A stretch of 62,546 nucleotides of DNA, filler included, from Sphacelaria rigidula (taxonomy: Eukaryota), in the NCBI GenBank assembly GCA_964200075.2. It is 11 parts of 11 records of this genome, joined end to end, with 100 filler letters (N's around TTAATTAATTAA, not from the genome) between each part and the next. Parts side by side here need not be neighbours in the genome. Positions count along the whole stretch, not along the records: positions 34,175 to 39,769 come from CAXNAA020026004.1; positions 39,870 to 45,464 come from CAXNAA020026005.1; positions 45,565 to 51,158 come from CAXNAA020026006.1; 8 more parts are not named here. One strand, written 5' to 3'. This document shows, in pieces, positions 35,038-47,700 of the stretch; position 1 is the stretch's first letter, and the number at the start of each line of letters is the position of its first letter. The position numbers and the translations under genes are program-made. Under the pieces are notes generated by a model that saw nothing but the letters and a program-made list of their open reading frames with translations, did not search any database and was not told the origin of the DNA.

Positions 35038-37551
35038 CCATGACTACGCACAGCACGGAAGGCCAATGTCTATTATACTTGAAATATGCCGCTGCCCCCC
35101 GTGATCAAAGTTATATATAATGGATCAGGCTGGGCGGAGTAGAAGTAGTGGGTTCGAATCCCGTCAGAGATTATGTACCTTACTTGTTTTCGCCGCGGAA
35201 AGTGCCAAGACTTGAGCTTCCATAAAATCGTAGAACATTAATCGGAGTGCAGATGCGACACCCGGTATCAAATCGTCAGGCAGGTGCCGCAAGGGAAATG
35301 AGCTTTTTCCGCGAGGCGACGGAATCGTTTTAGGGCGAGGGGGGGCTGAAAGTATGACTCAAGAACATTCAAGCAACAACATAAATAATATATTTTGACC
35401 ATTCTATCATACAGTGAAGCCATAGCCGGAGTAAAACCGAATGAATCGTACTTGCAGGGTGAGTTGAAATTCCGACTCTACAGGACGTTGAAGCACTAAA
35501 TACGAGTTTGTCACGTTTTGCGATTCTCCAACACTCCTGTACGTACCACAACACGTAATGTAGAGTATATGTGTACGTACCACAACACGTACTGCAGTGT
35601 ATATGTGGTGTCGTGCGTGGTTTCCGCCGCTTCGGGAGTGGCGATTACATGTCGCGACCCATATCTTTCGTGATCAGAGATCTTCTCTGACCTGCCTGTT
35701 GTAATGCTACACTCCCCAGTAAGAGTTTGGCTCCACGCGTGGTATCGATCAGGTTGTCCCTGCGAAGCACATATTGCGTATTTGGTTGATTGATTGATTG
35801 ATTGATTGTCGCACGCTAACTGAGTATGTAGATGAAAACAAAACATTCCAGAGTCTCTATCAGAAAATCACGCACAATTCCCACTCTTGTCTCTAATAAC
35901 TGGTGCGTGCTCTCACAGTGTTAAAGGGGAAACAGCATTTTCGGGATTTACGCACAAGAAAATTCGGTCGATGTCTACTATGTAGGGGATTTTGTAGTTG
36001 ACCTGCTGAATACGTTGATCCACTCTCTCTGTTAACAGATGGGATGTATCGTCGGTGGTAGGCCGTGCGGGACAGATTCGGATAGTTGATGATTCTTCGG
36101 CCTCGCCCTGGGGACACATCAACGTCGATGAGGTTGTGCTGAGCTGGGAGAGCAGAGGAGGGATTCATCCAGAAAGGTGTTGGCATCGTCGAAGCATATC
36201 ATGTTGAGCCGATGAGTTGATTATGGTTGGTGCTGTTGTTGTTCTTGTTGTTGTTTGCTACGCTAAGATTTCGGATTGAAACCCCGTTTCTTCTAACCCG
36301 TGCTATTCCATACACCACCGCCATCCGCGTCAGTATCGGGAACAATGTATATATATATATATATATACAACTGCTGCAGAGTGGGCAGGTTTTACGTTGT
36401 ATACATAGCAAGGAAAACAGCTGAAGACGCACATCAAATGGCACGCGTTATTCCCGGCGTAGTTGATTTTTCATCCTCTTCATACTGAGAAATCTTACCG
36501 CGTGTAGTTACAAGAAGCCTCGCAAGAAATTGCTCGCAAGAGTCGCCCAACGAGCTCAATGTGAACAGGGTGTTCCAGGGTAATCGCTACCACCTGAAAC
36601 CTCGAGCCGTCGCGGAACTTGGTGCTACAAATGGCGCAACAATATGGGCGGGGTGTGCGAGTAATACTGTCACCGGTTGAGAAGGAAGATACGTTCGTTG
36701 ATCTCCAGCCGGGGATGATGCGAATAGGCAACCCCTGTCGTTGGGTGACCTACAACCGTGTACGGCACTACTTCTCAAATCGAGCGTGAACCAGATGACA
36801 TCAATTGCGTTCCTGGTAATAAACAACCGGAGGAATGGTAATATACTAAAGAGCACCGCGCCCCGGTGGTGTAATGGTCCGACTGTCGCCATTAGGCTGG
36901 AGAGAACGAGGGTTCGATTTCCGATGCGTTGGGTTTTTTCTTCGTAATGTCTGATTTCCCCCGTGAAAAGCGGGAGAACGTGAGTAAACAAAGTAGTCGA
37001 CTGAGTATTTTTCACGCGACTTGACGCGGCGCGGTAGTGCTGACCCAATCCGCAACAAAACATTGCGAGGCATGTGCCGGGGGAGAGAGGGGTTGATCCC
37101 TTGAGACCACGGACTCATCCCGAGGAAGGGGAGGAGTTCAAAGTGCGACAGATAAATAAATATAAAAGAAAAGTAACTAACCGTCCCCTTGCCCCTGTGA
37201 ATGCAATCAAAGTAGGTCGCCCGATGTCAGCGCCACGGGGAACCCATCATCCAAGGCGCATTACGTTGCACCAGAACACAGTACTTCGCGCGCAGGGGCG
37301 GTGTACATATTCTCTCGCCTGGACAACGGCAACATGTCAGCAGAAGTCACGTAAGTCGTACGTGGATTAGAACGGGGTTTGAGGTGGACATCTTGTCAGC
37401 AGATCCTAAGATCTAGACACCCAGCGATAATGCGTCATCCTCTTCGGTATCGTTCTCGAAACCCACTCCCCTTACCTCGTACTGAAGCACCAGTACGAGT
37501 ATCGAAACAAACTATGATCATAATCCAATCGCTTCCGGTCGATTTCTGCAG

Positions 37552-37982
37552 GGTCAATGTGCATAGACACAAATGGCGGGTATGTTTTAGTATTTGTTGC
37601 GGTAAAAAAAGTAAGAGCAGCATCTATTGCAGACATAAATCTCCTCCTCTCCGCGTCCAACCGTGTCGATGAACCACGCACATACCTTCCCGTCTCCAGC
37701 TCAAGCTCGGTGTCGAGCACAAGCTCGTCGTCATCGCCATCACCATCATCTCCTAATTCAAACTCTGATGACGACACCTGTCCCGATGAGCTATCGCGTA
37801 AGAGTTACTACTGTGCGAGAGGTCAAGATAGGACCGAGTGTCAATGGGAGGAGTCTGCAAAACTCACATCGAGAGATCGACGAGGAGGAGACATGTTTGG
37901 CGGGAGTTTGGCGGTGGATCACGCCAGGGGCGTGGCGGTTGTCGGGGCTCCGGGGGCGTCATTAACGGGCCTGTGGCAAGAG
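37552..37982 (+). CDS. Exon of an FG-GAP (integrin-alpha-type beta-propeller) repeat protein
   Basis: WEESAKLTSRDRRGGDMFGGSLAVD....VAVVGAPG is a typical FG-GAP repeat. Donor GAG|GTGTGC; the acceptor CTGCAG at 37551 is tentative. Confidence 0.7.
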
Positions 37983-38503
37983 GTGTGCTTGACGATGTCC
38001 CTTGGTAAAGCAGATGGGAATCTTTCTCGTTGCGGCGGTTGGGTGTTGAGTCAAGCCACAAACGCTGACGTTGATCATATACGGACTCCAAGTTACAATT
38101 TACAGCCGCATAAATAAAGCGGTGTAAGCGGTGTAGGAGAGTGGTAACACGCGGAGAAAATTCAAATGCGGGCCTTCCACTAGGAAGAAAATTATACTAG
38201 AAATATTTCGCTAAATAAATGGAAGATCCTGTTTCATGTTGCGTCATGTTTGAAGCATCTTTTGGCGAGGGAACAAAAACGTGGGTCCTGTTTCGGTATC
38301 AACTATGATAAACCACCGCCGGTAAAGCCCCTGGCCCCTATCCCGGTCTTGCTTCTCCCACGACAGCACGCCGGGTACTCACTATTTGTGGCAACAAGCT
38401 GGTTCGGAAACGTGACCGACAGGAGAGAGAGAACGAGTCTATTATCACATCGCTAACCTCATTTCCATCCCATACTGTTGCCAACGATTTTCAACACATC
38501 CAG

Positions 38504-38668
38504 CCTCCGACGGTGTACACGACGACCAACCCCCACGGAGACGCAGATAACGCTCTGGCGACACGTGTACCTCTGCCTATGGACCCTCGAAACGCCAAGC
38601 TGCTGCGGTTTCAGGGCGCTTACGGGTCACCGGCACAATCGGGCAGCGGAGCGACTGCGGTTTGGACG
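38504..38668 (+). CDS. Next exon of the FG-GAP protein
   Basis: CAG|PPTVYTTTNPHGDADNAL...GATAVWT|GTAAGA. 165 nt, phase 0/0, compatible with the previous exon. Confidence 0.6.
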
Positions 38669-39187
38669 GTAAGAGCTGCACTTCCTCGTGATTTTACTGG
38701 GAAATCTCTGCGACGGTAGAGCCCATCCCAGTTCGTACCTGAAAAGACTTTGCTTCTAGCGTGGATACCTTCGGCGGGACATTTTGAAAGGGGAAACCGG
38801 GCAAGTGCGATCATAAGACCCGGTACATCGTATTTGGGACTGACATCAGTCTGTTTTTGCGCACTGCAATAGGACCAAGGGAGTGTAAATGTTTGGAATG
38901 GGTTTTGCCTTGGATGTGCTTCACTCACTGGTTCTTAACTTGACAGAGGACAATTTTATCTTGACAGCAGGACCATATTTCAAAAATGGTTTGACCACAT
39001 GCTCACATCGTTGCCCTCGTGCCGCGAAGTATTTATCGTAGCTTCGCGACGGATTACCGAATAACTGCTCGCCGCTCAGATACGCATTCAAACCTAGTGT
39101 TCGTGAACTGGTGTGTGGGTGTCGTGTTTACCTCATCAGCATCCGATCTGTCTTCGTATTCGGTTCTTCGTGTGCATATTTCGGCAG

Positions 39188-39253
39188 TTGCAAGACACGG
39201 AGTACGCGCTCGAGCCTTCAGAGCAGCAGTTCGACACTCGAGGAAATGCCCAG
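39188..39253 (+). CDS. Possible small third exon of the same gene
   Basis: GGCAG|LQDTEYALEPSEQQFDTRGNAQ|GTAACG. 66 nt, phase 0/0. Supported by splice signals only. Confidence 0.4.
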
Positions 39254-41309
39254 GTAACGTGTCGCGGTTAGGGGCCGCTGCAGAGGGTATCGCTGGAGTA
39301 TATGAAACCTCGTTCTGCAACAATGACATGTGATATGTATGAGAGCACGACTTGCGCGGTACAATGGATGAGACATATCCCACGCGCGCGTGTGAACATG
39401 CAGCGATATGGGCGGACCTTCAAAGAACAGTTGAACCAACTGCGATTGTCATATCGTGGCCTGTTCGTCGACTCATACGCAACGCCCTAGGAATTTGTGC
39501 TCGAATGTGCAAGAGAGTGCGCAGGGATCACCAATCTGCACAATCACCCGTTTCATTTTCGCGCGTGAATTGCAATCAAGATGCCGCTTGGCGAAAGGCG
39601 CTTGCTGCGCACAACTGATCATCCTTCCTCTTGAACTATCCTGCCTCTGACAGGGGTGACAATACTGTATTGAGCAGCACCAACCACCTCCGACAACCCA
39701 ACAAGAGAGTCATCCTACGATAGGGGGGGGGGGGGATTTTTGGCCATTTGTTGCTCGAAATTTCGAGTCNNNNNNNNNNNNNNNNNNNNNNNNNNNNNNN
39801 NNNNNNNNNNNNNTTAATTAATTAANNNNNNNNNNNNNNNNNNNNNNNNNNNNNNNNNNNNNNNNNNNNCGAGTCCCGGGGGCAGGATATGAAGAAGAGG
39901 TTTATTGATGCTTGATAATCGTACCTACAGAAACGGGTAAATGGAATCTGATCCTTCAGTAGTCCTGATGGACGAAGAGGTGAACGCAGCGGGAGGGCAG
40001 AAGGAAAGATGACTGCACTGTCTGTAATGTCGTTTTGTTTGGGCTCCCGTGTACATAGAGTACATTGCCATGTGTACAGTCCTGTCTGTAGGCCATCACT
40101 CACTTTGCTGTAGAGACGGCGCAGCGCACATGGTGGTAGCGATGGACTAAACAAAAGTAACGAACAGCAGAACATGGTATGATCGCCATGATGTTGTCTG
40201 TCCCGGTACACGCCACGCTCTCTACCTCGGTTGTTCTTCTCCAGGTACACAAAGCAGCACCTAATCTTTTCCCCTGATAATTTGTCGGTGTGTATCATAC
40301 ATGGATGGAGGATGGAAGTTAGCGAGTATAGAATCTTCAATTTTTTAATAATGAACACAAAGTATTTTCGTTTCCAAGCCGGCAGTGGCAAGTCACGCAG
40401 ACTCGACCACGCGACGAGTGGTGAGACATGACAAAGATTGTGACATGATACTGTGGCACTACTATACCCTGCGTTGGTTGTGCTGGCTCGAATTGAAAGT
40501 GTGACTCAAGTTGCACCACGGTCGGGGCCGTGGTCATGCGGCACTGACTAGCCGCAAGTGTTTTTGCCATTATCCCAGGGTTCATATGAAGTTGGAAAAA
40601 GCAGTTCGCGGCTCATGATGACAGGTGGTATCTCGAACGGTCAAACCGAACCCGTAGGGACTTCCTCATCCACGCCACAGAGCGCGGAAAGCTTATAGAG
40701 TATAATAAAGTGTTTGCACTCCAAACCCTCCAAACGCATGACTAGCAGAATAAAAGCGGAGATGCTGACATGAAAAACGTGTGTGAAATCAAGCGAGAGG
40801 CAATGCTGCGTTCCCAGAGGTTGAAAGAACGATATGACCCCGTTTCGGTGTTCTTTAAAATCAAGTAAGAGGCAATACTGGCTTCACAGAGCTCTGGGGA
40901 GAATGAAATGGGCGCGAAAAAAGATAGTCTACAATCAAGTGAAAAAGATAAAATATTCTTCGAGTCCCTGTTTTTCGTGGCATCCTTCCCCCCCCCCCCC
41001 TATGGTAGCATCACTCCTTGAGGTAATATATATATATATATGTATATTAAAAACACGACGCAATTTTCGGTGATGTGGCTGCCGCAGGAATTTTTTCACG
41101 ATGAAATAGACGTTGAGAGTGGTGAGTCCTACAGTAACAGCCGCCCTAAAACGCTGATTTGATTCCTCTTGTCAGCGTCTTGTTGTTTTGCCCTTTTTTC
41201 GCCTCTAGTTCTTAGTTCTAACTGTTTATCCCAAAGCAAGAAAAACACGACGGTGTGAATCCCTTGGTATTTCACTCTCTCTCCCCCTCTCCCCGTCTCC
41301 CCTGTTTAG

Positions 41310-41481
41310 GACGGAGAGATTGGCGTCATCGGGTCGGACGGGTGCTCGTTGGACATGTCTCGTATCGAGAGGTCTCAGCAAAGCGAAGACGTACTGCTGT
41401 CTCCCGCCCCTTACCCGCATTGGACGCTGAGGGAGTGCATGCAGCAGCCCGAGGCTATCGCGAGATCGCTGGCATTTGGAG
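41310..41481 (+). CDS. glmS: Glutamine--fructose-6-phosphate aminotransferase (GFAT/GlmS) exon
   Basis: TAG|DGEIGVIG...YPHWTLRECMQQPEAIARSLAFG G|GTAAGC. Matches the GlmS linker Y.H..L.E...QP.AI. Confidence 0.85.
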
Positions 41482-42375
41482 GTAAGCACGCAGTTTGGTG
41501 CTTATCAGTTCATTTGGTTGTGGTTCCGAGTACGGTTCTGATTATGACTGTGGTTCCAATTATGATTCTGATTCTGGTTTCGGACGTTGCTCAGGTTTGA
41601 CGTAATAATCGCAGAGTACGTGCGGGCATGGGCTACATACACACACATATATATGTATATATATGTATATACATATACAGAAAATACTACGGTATTTGTT
41701 TTGTGCTGGTGAAAGTATGAATAACAGTGGTTTTGTGTACTCACCTTTCCCCTTCGAGTCCCCGTGCCCGTGCCCCACTTCTGGTCATTAATCTGTATGC
41801 CAATGCTAACGTTGGTGACTCGACCTTGTAATCCGTGTGCCAATGCTAACGTTGGTGACTCGACCTCGTATGAAGAAGATTTCTTGCGGTAAATATTTCG
41901 AATCCTTCCCAGTGGAGCGGTACGAAGCCGTCTCTCATCGAGTTGATCTTGACATTGATTGTCTGCCTCCCCCGGCACCCGGCGTTGCATCGCAAGGTGA
42001 TTTCTTTCAGGCGGGGTCGCTCTTGCTTGTGGTACCCAAAGCACTTTCAGTATGTCACTGCCGCTGTGGATTCGAATATTGGCAACAATAACCCACATCA
42101 CAGATACAGAGTGTAAAATATACACAGTAGATACTTGTTAACCGTTCGACACAGCGAGTAAGCCATCTGTTGAATGAGCATCAATTTCGCTCAAAACAAA
42201 ATGCATGATACCCGAATGAACTACCCTCGCAGTCTAAGCGTTGATGGTAATTTATTATGATAAGACACTTGAATTTTGAAGAAACTAGTGACGATTTTTG
42301 TTTTCATGAGTCGGCATCATTTTAAATTCAAAAATGTTGGCTTCTTATTCTTTTTTTTTTCCCTCGTTTTGCAAG

Positions 42376-42539
42376 GTCGCATGAGCGAAGATCGTATTGT
42401 GCTGGGTGGATTCGACCGGGCCGAGGCCAGACTGAAGGCTGTTCGGCATCTGGTGCTAACGGCCTGCGGGACGTCGCTTTATGCCTCCATGTACGGCGCG
42501 AAGATCATGAGGGATCTGGAGGCTCTTGACACGGCCACG
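42376..42539 (+). CDS. glmS: GFAT/GlmS exon (first SIS domain)
   Basis: AAG|(G)RMSEDRIVLGG...LVLTACGTSLYASMYG...DTAT|GTGAGA. Contains the ACGTS motif; phase is compatible. Confidence 0.9.
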
Positions 42540-43162
42540 GTGAGAGGTAGATATCATGGACCTAGCTATTCAGACTATGGATATCATGAACGTAGATATC
42601 TAAACGACGGATATCATGGACATGGATATCTATCGATAGTTGCTATAGCATATAAATAGCGCCTGACCCTTTATTGAGCTGAAGTAGCCGTACTACGAGT
42701 GTTTTTGGCGTTGTCACCAAGGGACGCCGTGTAAGTTCTGGCACCCCGCCCGTGAATGAGTGCGAGCATGGTCCAGCGAGAACCTGGCTTGCTCCGTCCC
42801 GGCTTTGTAGGGATGCGAGGTCAACGGTCTTCAATGGGCTTATGACTACGGCATGCATGATCATACGTACAGCCCCCCCCCCCACACACACACATTTTTT
42901 CGTCCAAGATAATCTTGATTTTTGTCCCATGAACATCGTCAGGGTGAAATGAAGGCCGCTCATTAGCTGCGAGAGTGTTCCGATGACACGAACAACTGGT
43001 TGAGTGAAGCTAAACGTTCTCTACACCCCCTCTATGGGGTGTAGCAAGGTCTTGATGAAACTCCAAAAATTTGGCCGCACCAGTTTGACCTTTCTGATTC
43101 ACATCACTTTGAGTTCGACGTCGAACAAGTCCCATACGGTTTTATAAGGTTCGAACTCGTAC

Positions 43163-43193
<31 letters not shown>

Positions 43194-43570
43194 AGGGGGG
43201 GCAGACAAGACACGAAGCACAAGGACGGATAGACAAGATGCACCGGTCGATCGACACACACGACAAGGACGAGAAGGATGAGACGGGTTTATCAGCGGGA
43301 AGGGGGGTTCTCACCGACCTTCTAGTCACAATTTTCGTCCAAGGGAGTGCCTCCAACGTAGAGTACCTCCAACGTAATCCAGCTTGTGTATTGGCGTGGT
43401 GTTTACACTGCTGCAATATTCCCTTTATTACTATGCCCCCCCCCCCCTCTTATAAACAGGTTTTTTCGTCACCAGACCACCAGAGATTGAAGTTTATTTC
43501 AACGCCTTAGCGTATCGCTATTCTATGCCAATCTCCATCGCCCCCCCCTCCCCGGGCGCATTTTCCGCAG

Positions 43571-43750
43571 GCCATGGATGCTGGGGAACTACGGATCACC
43601 GACATCCCCCGGCGGCAGGGCGGGCTGCTGGCTGTTTCGCAGAGCGGGGAGACTCGCGATCTGTTGAAGGCCCTGCAGAACGGAGAGTTGGCGGGAGTGG
43701 CGAGGATGTCCGTGGTGAACACCGTGGGGTCCGCCATCGCCAGAGAAACT
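43571..43750 (+). CDS. glmS: GFAT/GlmS exon (first SIS domain)
   Basis: CAG|AMDAGEL...VSQSGETRDLL...VVNTVGSAIARET. Contains SQSGET and N..GS.IARE. The donor is atypical (GTTGAG). Confidence 0.9.
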
Positions 43751-43914
43751 GTTGAGTCTCGTCATGTCACGATCCCCTGTAGCTCACGTCGTTTTACATT
43801 GTTGTCTCCCCTGTTGTTCGTTTACTTGTTTGTTGGTTTATCTTGCTTGTTTGTGCATCTGTCTGTGAACCCGTCTGTCTGTCTGCCTGTCTATATGCCT
43901 CTCTCTGTTCTGTC

Positions 43915-43916
43915 TG

Positions 43917-43958
<42 letters not shown>

Positions 43959-43997
43959 CCTCACCTCTCTCTCCATATATATATATATATATATATC
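43915..43997. repeat. (CT)n and (TA)n microsatellites in the GFAT intron
   Basis: Direct reading of the sequence. Confidence 0.9.
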
Positions 43998-45564
43998 TCC
44001 TTCCATCTCTCTCTTCTGTCACTCTCTGTGACTTGTCTTTCTATCTTATTTTTCTGTCCGTCTTTCTGTCCCTTCGCCTCTCTGTTTTGTTCGTTTCGCA
44101 GGTGAGTGCTGTTTGATTTCTTTGTGAAACACCAGTTTTTTACCTCTCGAAACGAGGAATTTTTGGGGATCCGCATGATATTAAGGCTTGTTCCTGTTTC
44201 ACGTTGCTTGCATCCCATGGGATCACAAACAAAACTTCCTCGTGGACGGATGCATGGAAGATGTTCCAGGTCCCTTGAATTAGACTTACTACATGCCGCG
44301 TACCTCACTGAGCATGTAAATCACGGAATGTGACCGCGAATACTTGCGAACGCCAGCACAAGGGATATTTTGGTATGATGGGAAGTATGTGTACTACCGT
44401 GAATCCTACCCCCGGCCCAATTGCACCCAGTACATACATTTCTCTTCCTCGCTGTGAACCTCTACTCCGTTCTCGACTTGAAGTCGGTTATCCGGGTGTG
44501 CGCTGAACAGAAATATCCGTCCAGTACAACTCAAATATGCTACCCTTGGTGTGCAACCTATCACGGTTAGGACGACTCAACTCTCGTGATTCAACTCACA
44601 TTCATCATTCCAACAAATAGATGATTATTTAAGTATATCATTCGTAATTTGTACAGCTTCTCACCTTCTGCGTCGTGCAGTATAACCCAAAAGGACCCGC
44701 TTCATACCTTCCATGAATACCGGGGTAAATGATGGGCACATGGTCAACCCTGAACTGAAATATTGATTGCATCGACTGTACATGTCACGCACTTCTTACC
44801 ACCATGAGTCAGGAACGTCATGTACAACTTGCCTGACCTACTCGTTCGAGTTGAGCGCCCGTACATTTCCCCACCTTCGGGCTAATGCGGGACCAACAAG
44901 TTGTACAGGTTGAATCTTCACTTCCGATGGACCCTGAACTATGCGTAATTTTTTCACAACTGTAACGCGCGCAAGATGACGGCGCTGCNNNNNNNNNNGA
45001 CCAACGGTTTATACAGCATGACCGCTTGCGCATCATGAGGAGTCGACTCGTATGAATTCTGATTCGTCCTACGTGCAACCAATAGATGACTATATTTTTG
45101 CCAGTTTCACGTGTGTTGTGCAAGTGTGAGTGTGTGCGCGCGCGCGCGTCCCCGCTTTGTACAAAACATGTTTATCACTGTCATCATTCATCCCTGAGAG
45201 TACACTATTGAAACGCGGTTCGTACACGTTTGAGCTACTGATTTCATCATCTTCACACCCACCCCGTGACCTCCTACCCCCTTCCTCAACCTCTTGTCAA
45301 AGCGTTATTGGAAAAGGTGAAGGTACGAGAGCAGTGAAGTGTACCATAGTTCAAATAATGGGGGAGGGATTTATCCCCCCTCAATCCACTACCCCCCCCC
45401 CCCTTCCCCCCCCCCCCCTCCCTCTCACCGAGCGCGAGGGCCCCGCACACGCAAACAACAATCCNNNNNNNNNNNNNNNNNNNNNNNNNNNNNNNNNNNN
45501 NNNNNNNNTTAATTAATTAANNNNNNNNNNNNNNNNNNNNNNNNNNNNNNNNNNNNNNNNNNNN

Positions 45565-45700
45565 CACCGTTCCTACTCGTAATAGAGACACCTCCAACAT
45601 TCTGGCGCTCGTTACGTTTCTTTCATACATTGCACAAAAACATTTTACATATCTTATCCCCGTCTGTGGCCACCATCTATCTCCTGGTATAACCATCTTT
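45565..45700 (-). repeat. Fragment of the retroposon 3'-end family
   Basis: The minus strand reads GDRWWPQT... and ends in CTATTACGAGTAGGAACGGTG, which overlaps 56782-56802. Confidence 0.6.
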
Positions 45701-45965
45701 GGGGGGGGGGGGGGGGGGGGGGACCCCACTGTTGCCGCTGTCCGGGGGATATCGGATGTGTCATCGATTTGTGGCCACCCCTTGTACCTTTTGATGAATG
45801 ACTGCGTGAGCGGCATCATACCATGATGCCGTATGAATCATACATAGCACGGATGATACCAGTAGATGCGCTAGTCATGAACGCGATGGTCGTGTTTTTC
45901 AATTTCACAAAATGATGTACATGTCGAATACTAAATATGCTGCACCTTCCGTCCACCTATCGTAG

Positions 45966-46126
45966 ATACGATATCGGTATTCAGGTTGGACCGGGAGAAG
46001 GCGATTTCCGCAGGACCATGGTGCTGACGCTTGTCCCGCGGTACATCCTCGTCAACACCCTGCCCCGCCCGCTGGAGTACACGCAAGCGGCGTGTGGGGG
46101 GCGGTGGAGAGGCATCTTGCCCCCCG
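45966..46126 (+). CDS. VPS13: VPS13-family lipid-transfer protein, VAB/SHR-binding repeat exon
   Basis: TAG|YDIGIQVGPGEGDFRRTMVLTLVPRYILVNTLPRPLEYTQ...ILPP G|GTGCGT. Matches the VAB repeat T.V....PRYIL.N. Confidence 0.8.
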
Positions 46127-46720
46127 GTGCGTGCATGAGATGCAGTGAGGCATGTGTTGCATAGATTAATCTTGGATACTGAGACATCTTCGTGGGTAAC
46201 GTTGCGTTACGTTGGTTGATTTTGGATACGGAGCCGTTTAGACGTTCCGTGGTAACGTTGGTAGCGTCGCCGTGCGTGTTGAAACAACGAACGAACCAAA
46301 AGAACACCGATGAGTAAGGCAGTTGTACACTGGGGAGATGAGATGGAGTCGTCGAACCGTTTAATGTTTGTCTCTCGACGCGTGCAATGATGTATGTGTA
46401 TGCATGTAATGCAAGATGGGGTTATTTTCCAAATCCCCACGCTCGCATATTTCGTTGCATCACATTTCGTGTACAACCTGCACGGCGCAGGCCAAACTGT
46501 GCTGCAGTAGAGTCGTGACGACTGTTTTTCTATTCTCGTGAATATTACCCGTGGTTATTTTGCGCAAAAGTGAGGGTGATGGGACCTGCTAGAGGGTAGG
46601 ATAATTCGGTGCCCGTCTCGCGTTTTCATCTGTAATTTGTCAAAATATCCCCTGTCACCAGTCATACGTTCAGTTCATTTTTTTTGCGCCGATTATCCCC
46701 CTGCATCTGCAGTCCAAGCT

Positions 46721-47046
46721 GGTCGCCCCGGTGGCTCAGTTGGTAACCTCGAAACCTATTGACGGTTGGGTCGTGGATTCGAAACTCGAAGCGGTGTGGG
46801 ATTTTTCTCACGCAATGCCCAACAGTGAAGAGCGACTATGTCGTGGGTGCACAAAATTCGACTTGATGCTCGACGAGGGGAGGCGACTGCTGAACCCCTC
46901 TCGCGATAAAAAATAAAGGCAAGCACCGCAGAAGGGAGGTGGAGAAGTTAAACAAACAAAAAAAGAAGAAACTTCTGTGTTGATCTTCCTTCTGTGTGAC
47001 CCCGGCTGGTGCGCCCACATATACCGAAAGGTGTAGATCGGCGTCC
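46721..47046 (+). mobile_element. tRNA-derived SINE-like element, copy 2 (may extend to ~47190), intronic
   Basis: GGTGGCTCAGTTGGTA A-box, GGATTCGAAAC B-box, a body homologous to 23005-23330, followed by (CA)n. Confidence 0.78.
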
Positions 47047-47401
47047 AGAATGGAATGGGACGACAGCACACACATAACGCACACACACACACACCTCCAT
47101 CCTTCCCGAGCCCTCACCGCCCACCATGTGGATTGGACCGCAGATGTCATCATAATCTCGTCCGCTACGTGCGGCGATTCCTAGTACGCTAGGGCAACTC
47201 ATCACGATCTGAACAGCACACCGACTCTAGTATACTTGCAATGCGCAACAGTAAATGGCGTGACTGTCGCCGAGGACATCTCGTGAAAGCATGAAGGTTT
47301 TGTTGTTGTTTTTCTTCATTCTCACTGCATGCGTATGCATCATTCTCAGCCTTAATTTACCCCCAAGATTCCACCCCTCTAACCTCAACCGTAACCTTAA
47401 G

Positions 47402-47700
47402 GTGGGAGACAAGCTTTCCATTGGCCCTTCGCGGCCTATCGCCGCGCTCTCAGCGTCCGATTCCTAGCGTCGGGGGACGAAAACGAGCCCGAAGATATGT
47501 GGATGTGGAGCGGCGATCTGAGACTAGACACACTCGGGGAAGTGGCCGTTAAACTTAGGACGGCAGCTGACGCCGGCGGAAAATCGATTTCTCACTCCAG
47601 CGGATGGGATACTAGAAGAAGAACCAGTAGTTCGGAGTACATCGCAAGGGTTAAGCTCGCCTTGGTGGGAGCGTCGGTCACTGCTGTGTTCGAGCGTCAG
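47402..47700 (+). CDS. VPS13: VPS13 exon
   Basis: AAG|(G)GRQAFHWP...LSVRF...WMWSGDLRLDTLGEVAVKLR...VKLALVGASVTAVFERQ|GTAAAA. Phase 1 start fits the previous exon. Confidence 0.8.

Noticed and set aside
40245..41106. Split GFAT exon (RYTKQ at ~40245 and NFFTMK at ~41089) resembling residues expected before DGEIGV
   Set aside because: The matches are too short, no donor follows either piece, and a stop follows the second. It may be chance.
44989..44998. 10-N run
   Set aside because: Scaffolding gap within a contig, not a feature.
46721..46800. Functional tRNA gene (also 23005-23080 and the B-box at ~35150)
   Set aside because: A/B boxes are present but I could not fold acceptor and anticodon stems. 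Homology between copies extends ~250 bp further, as in a SINE.
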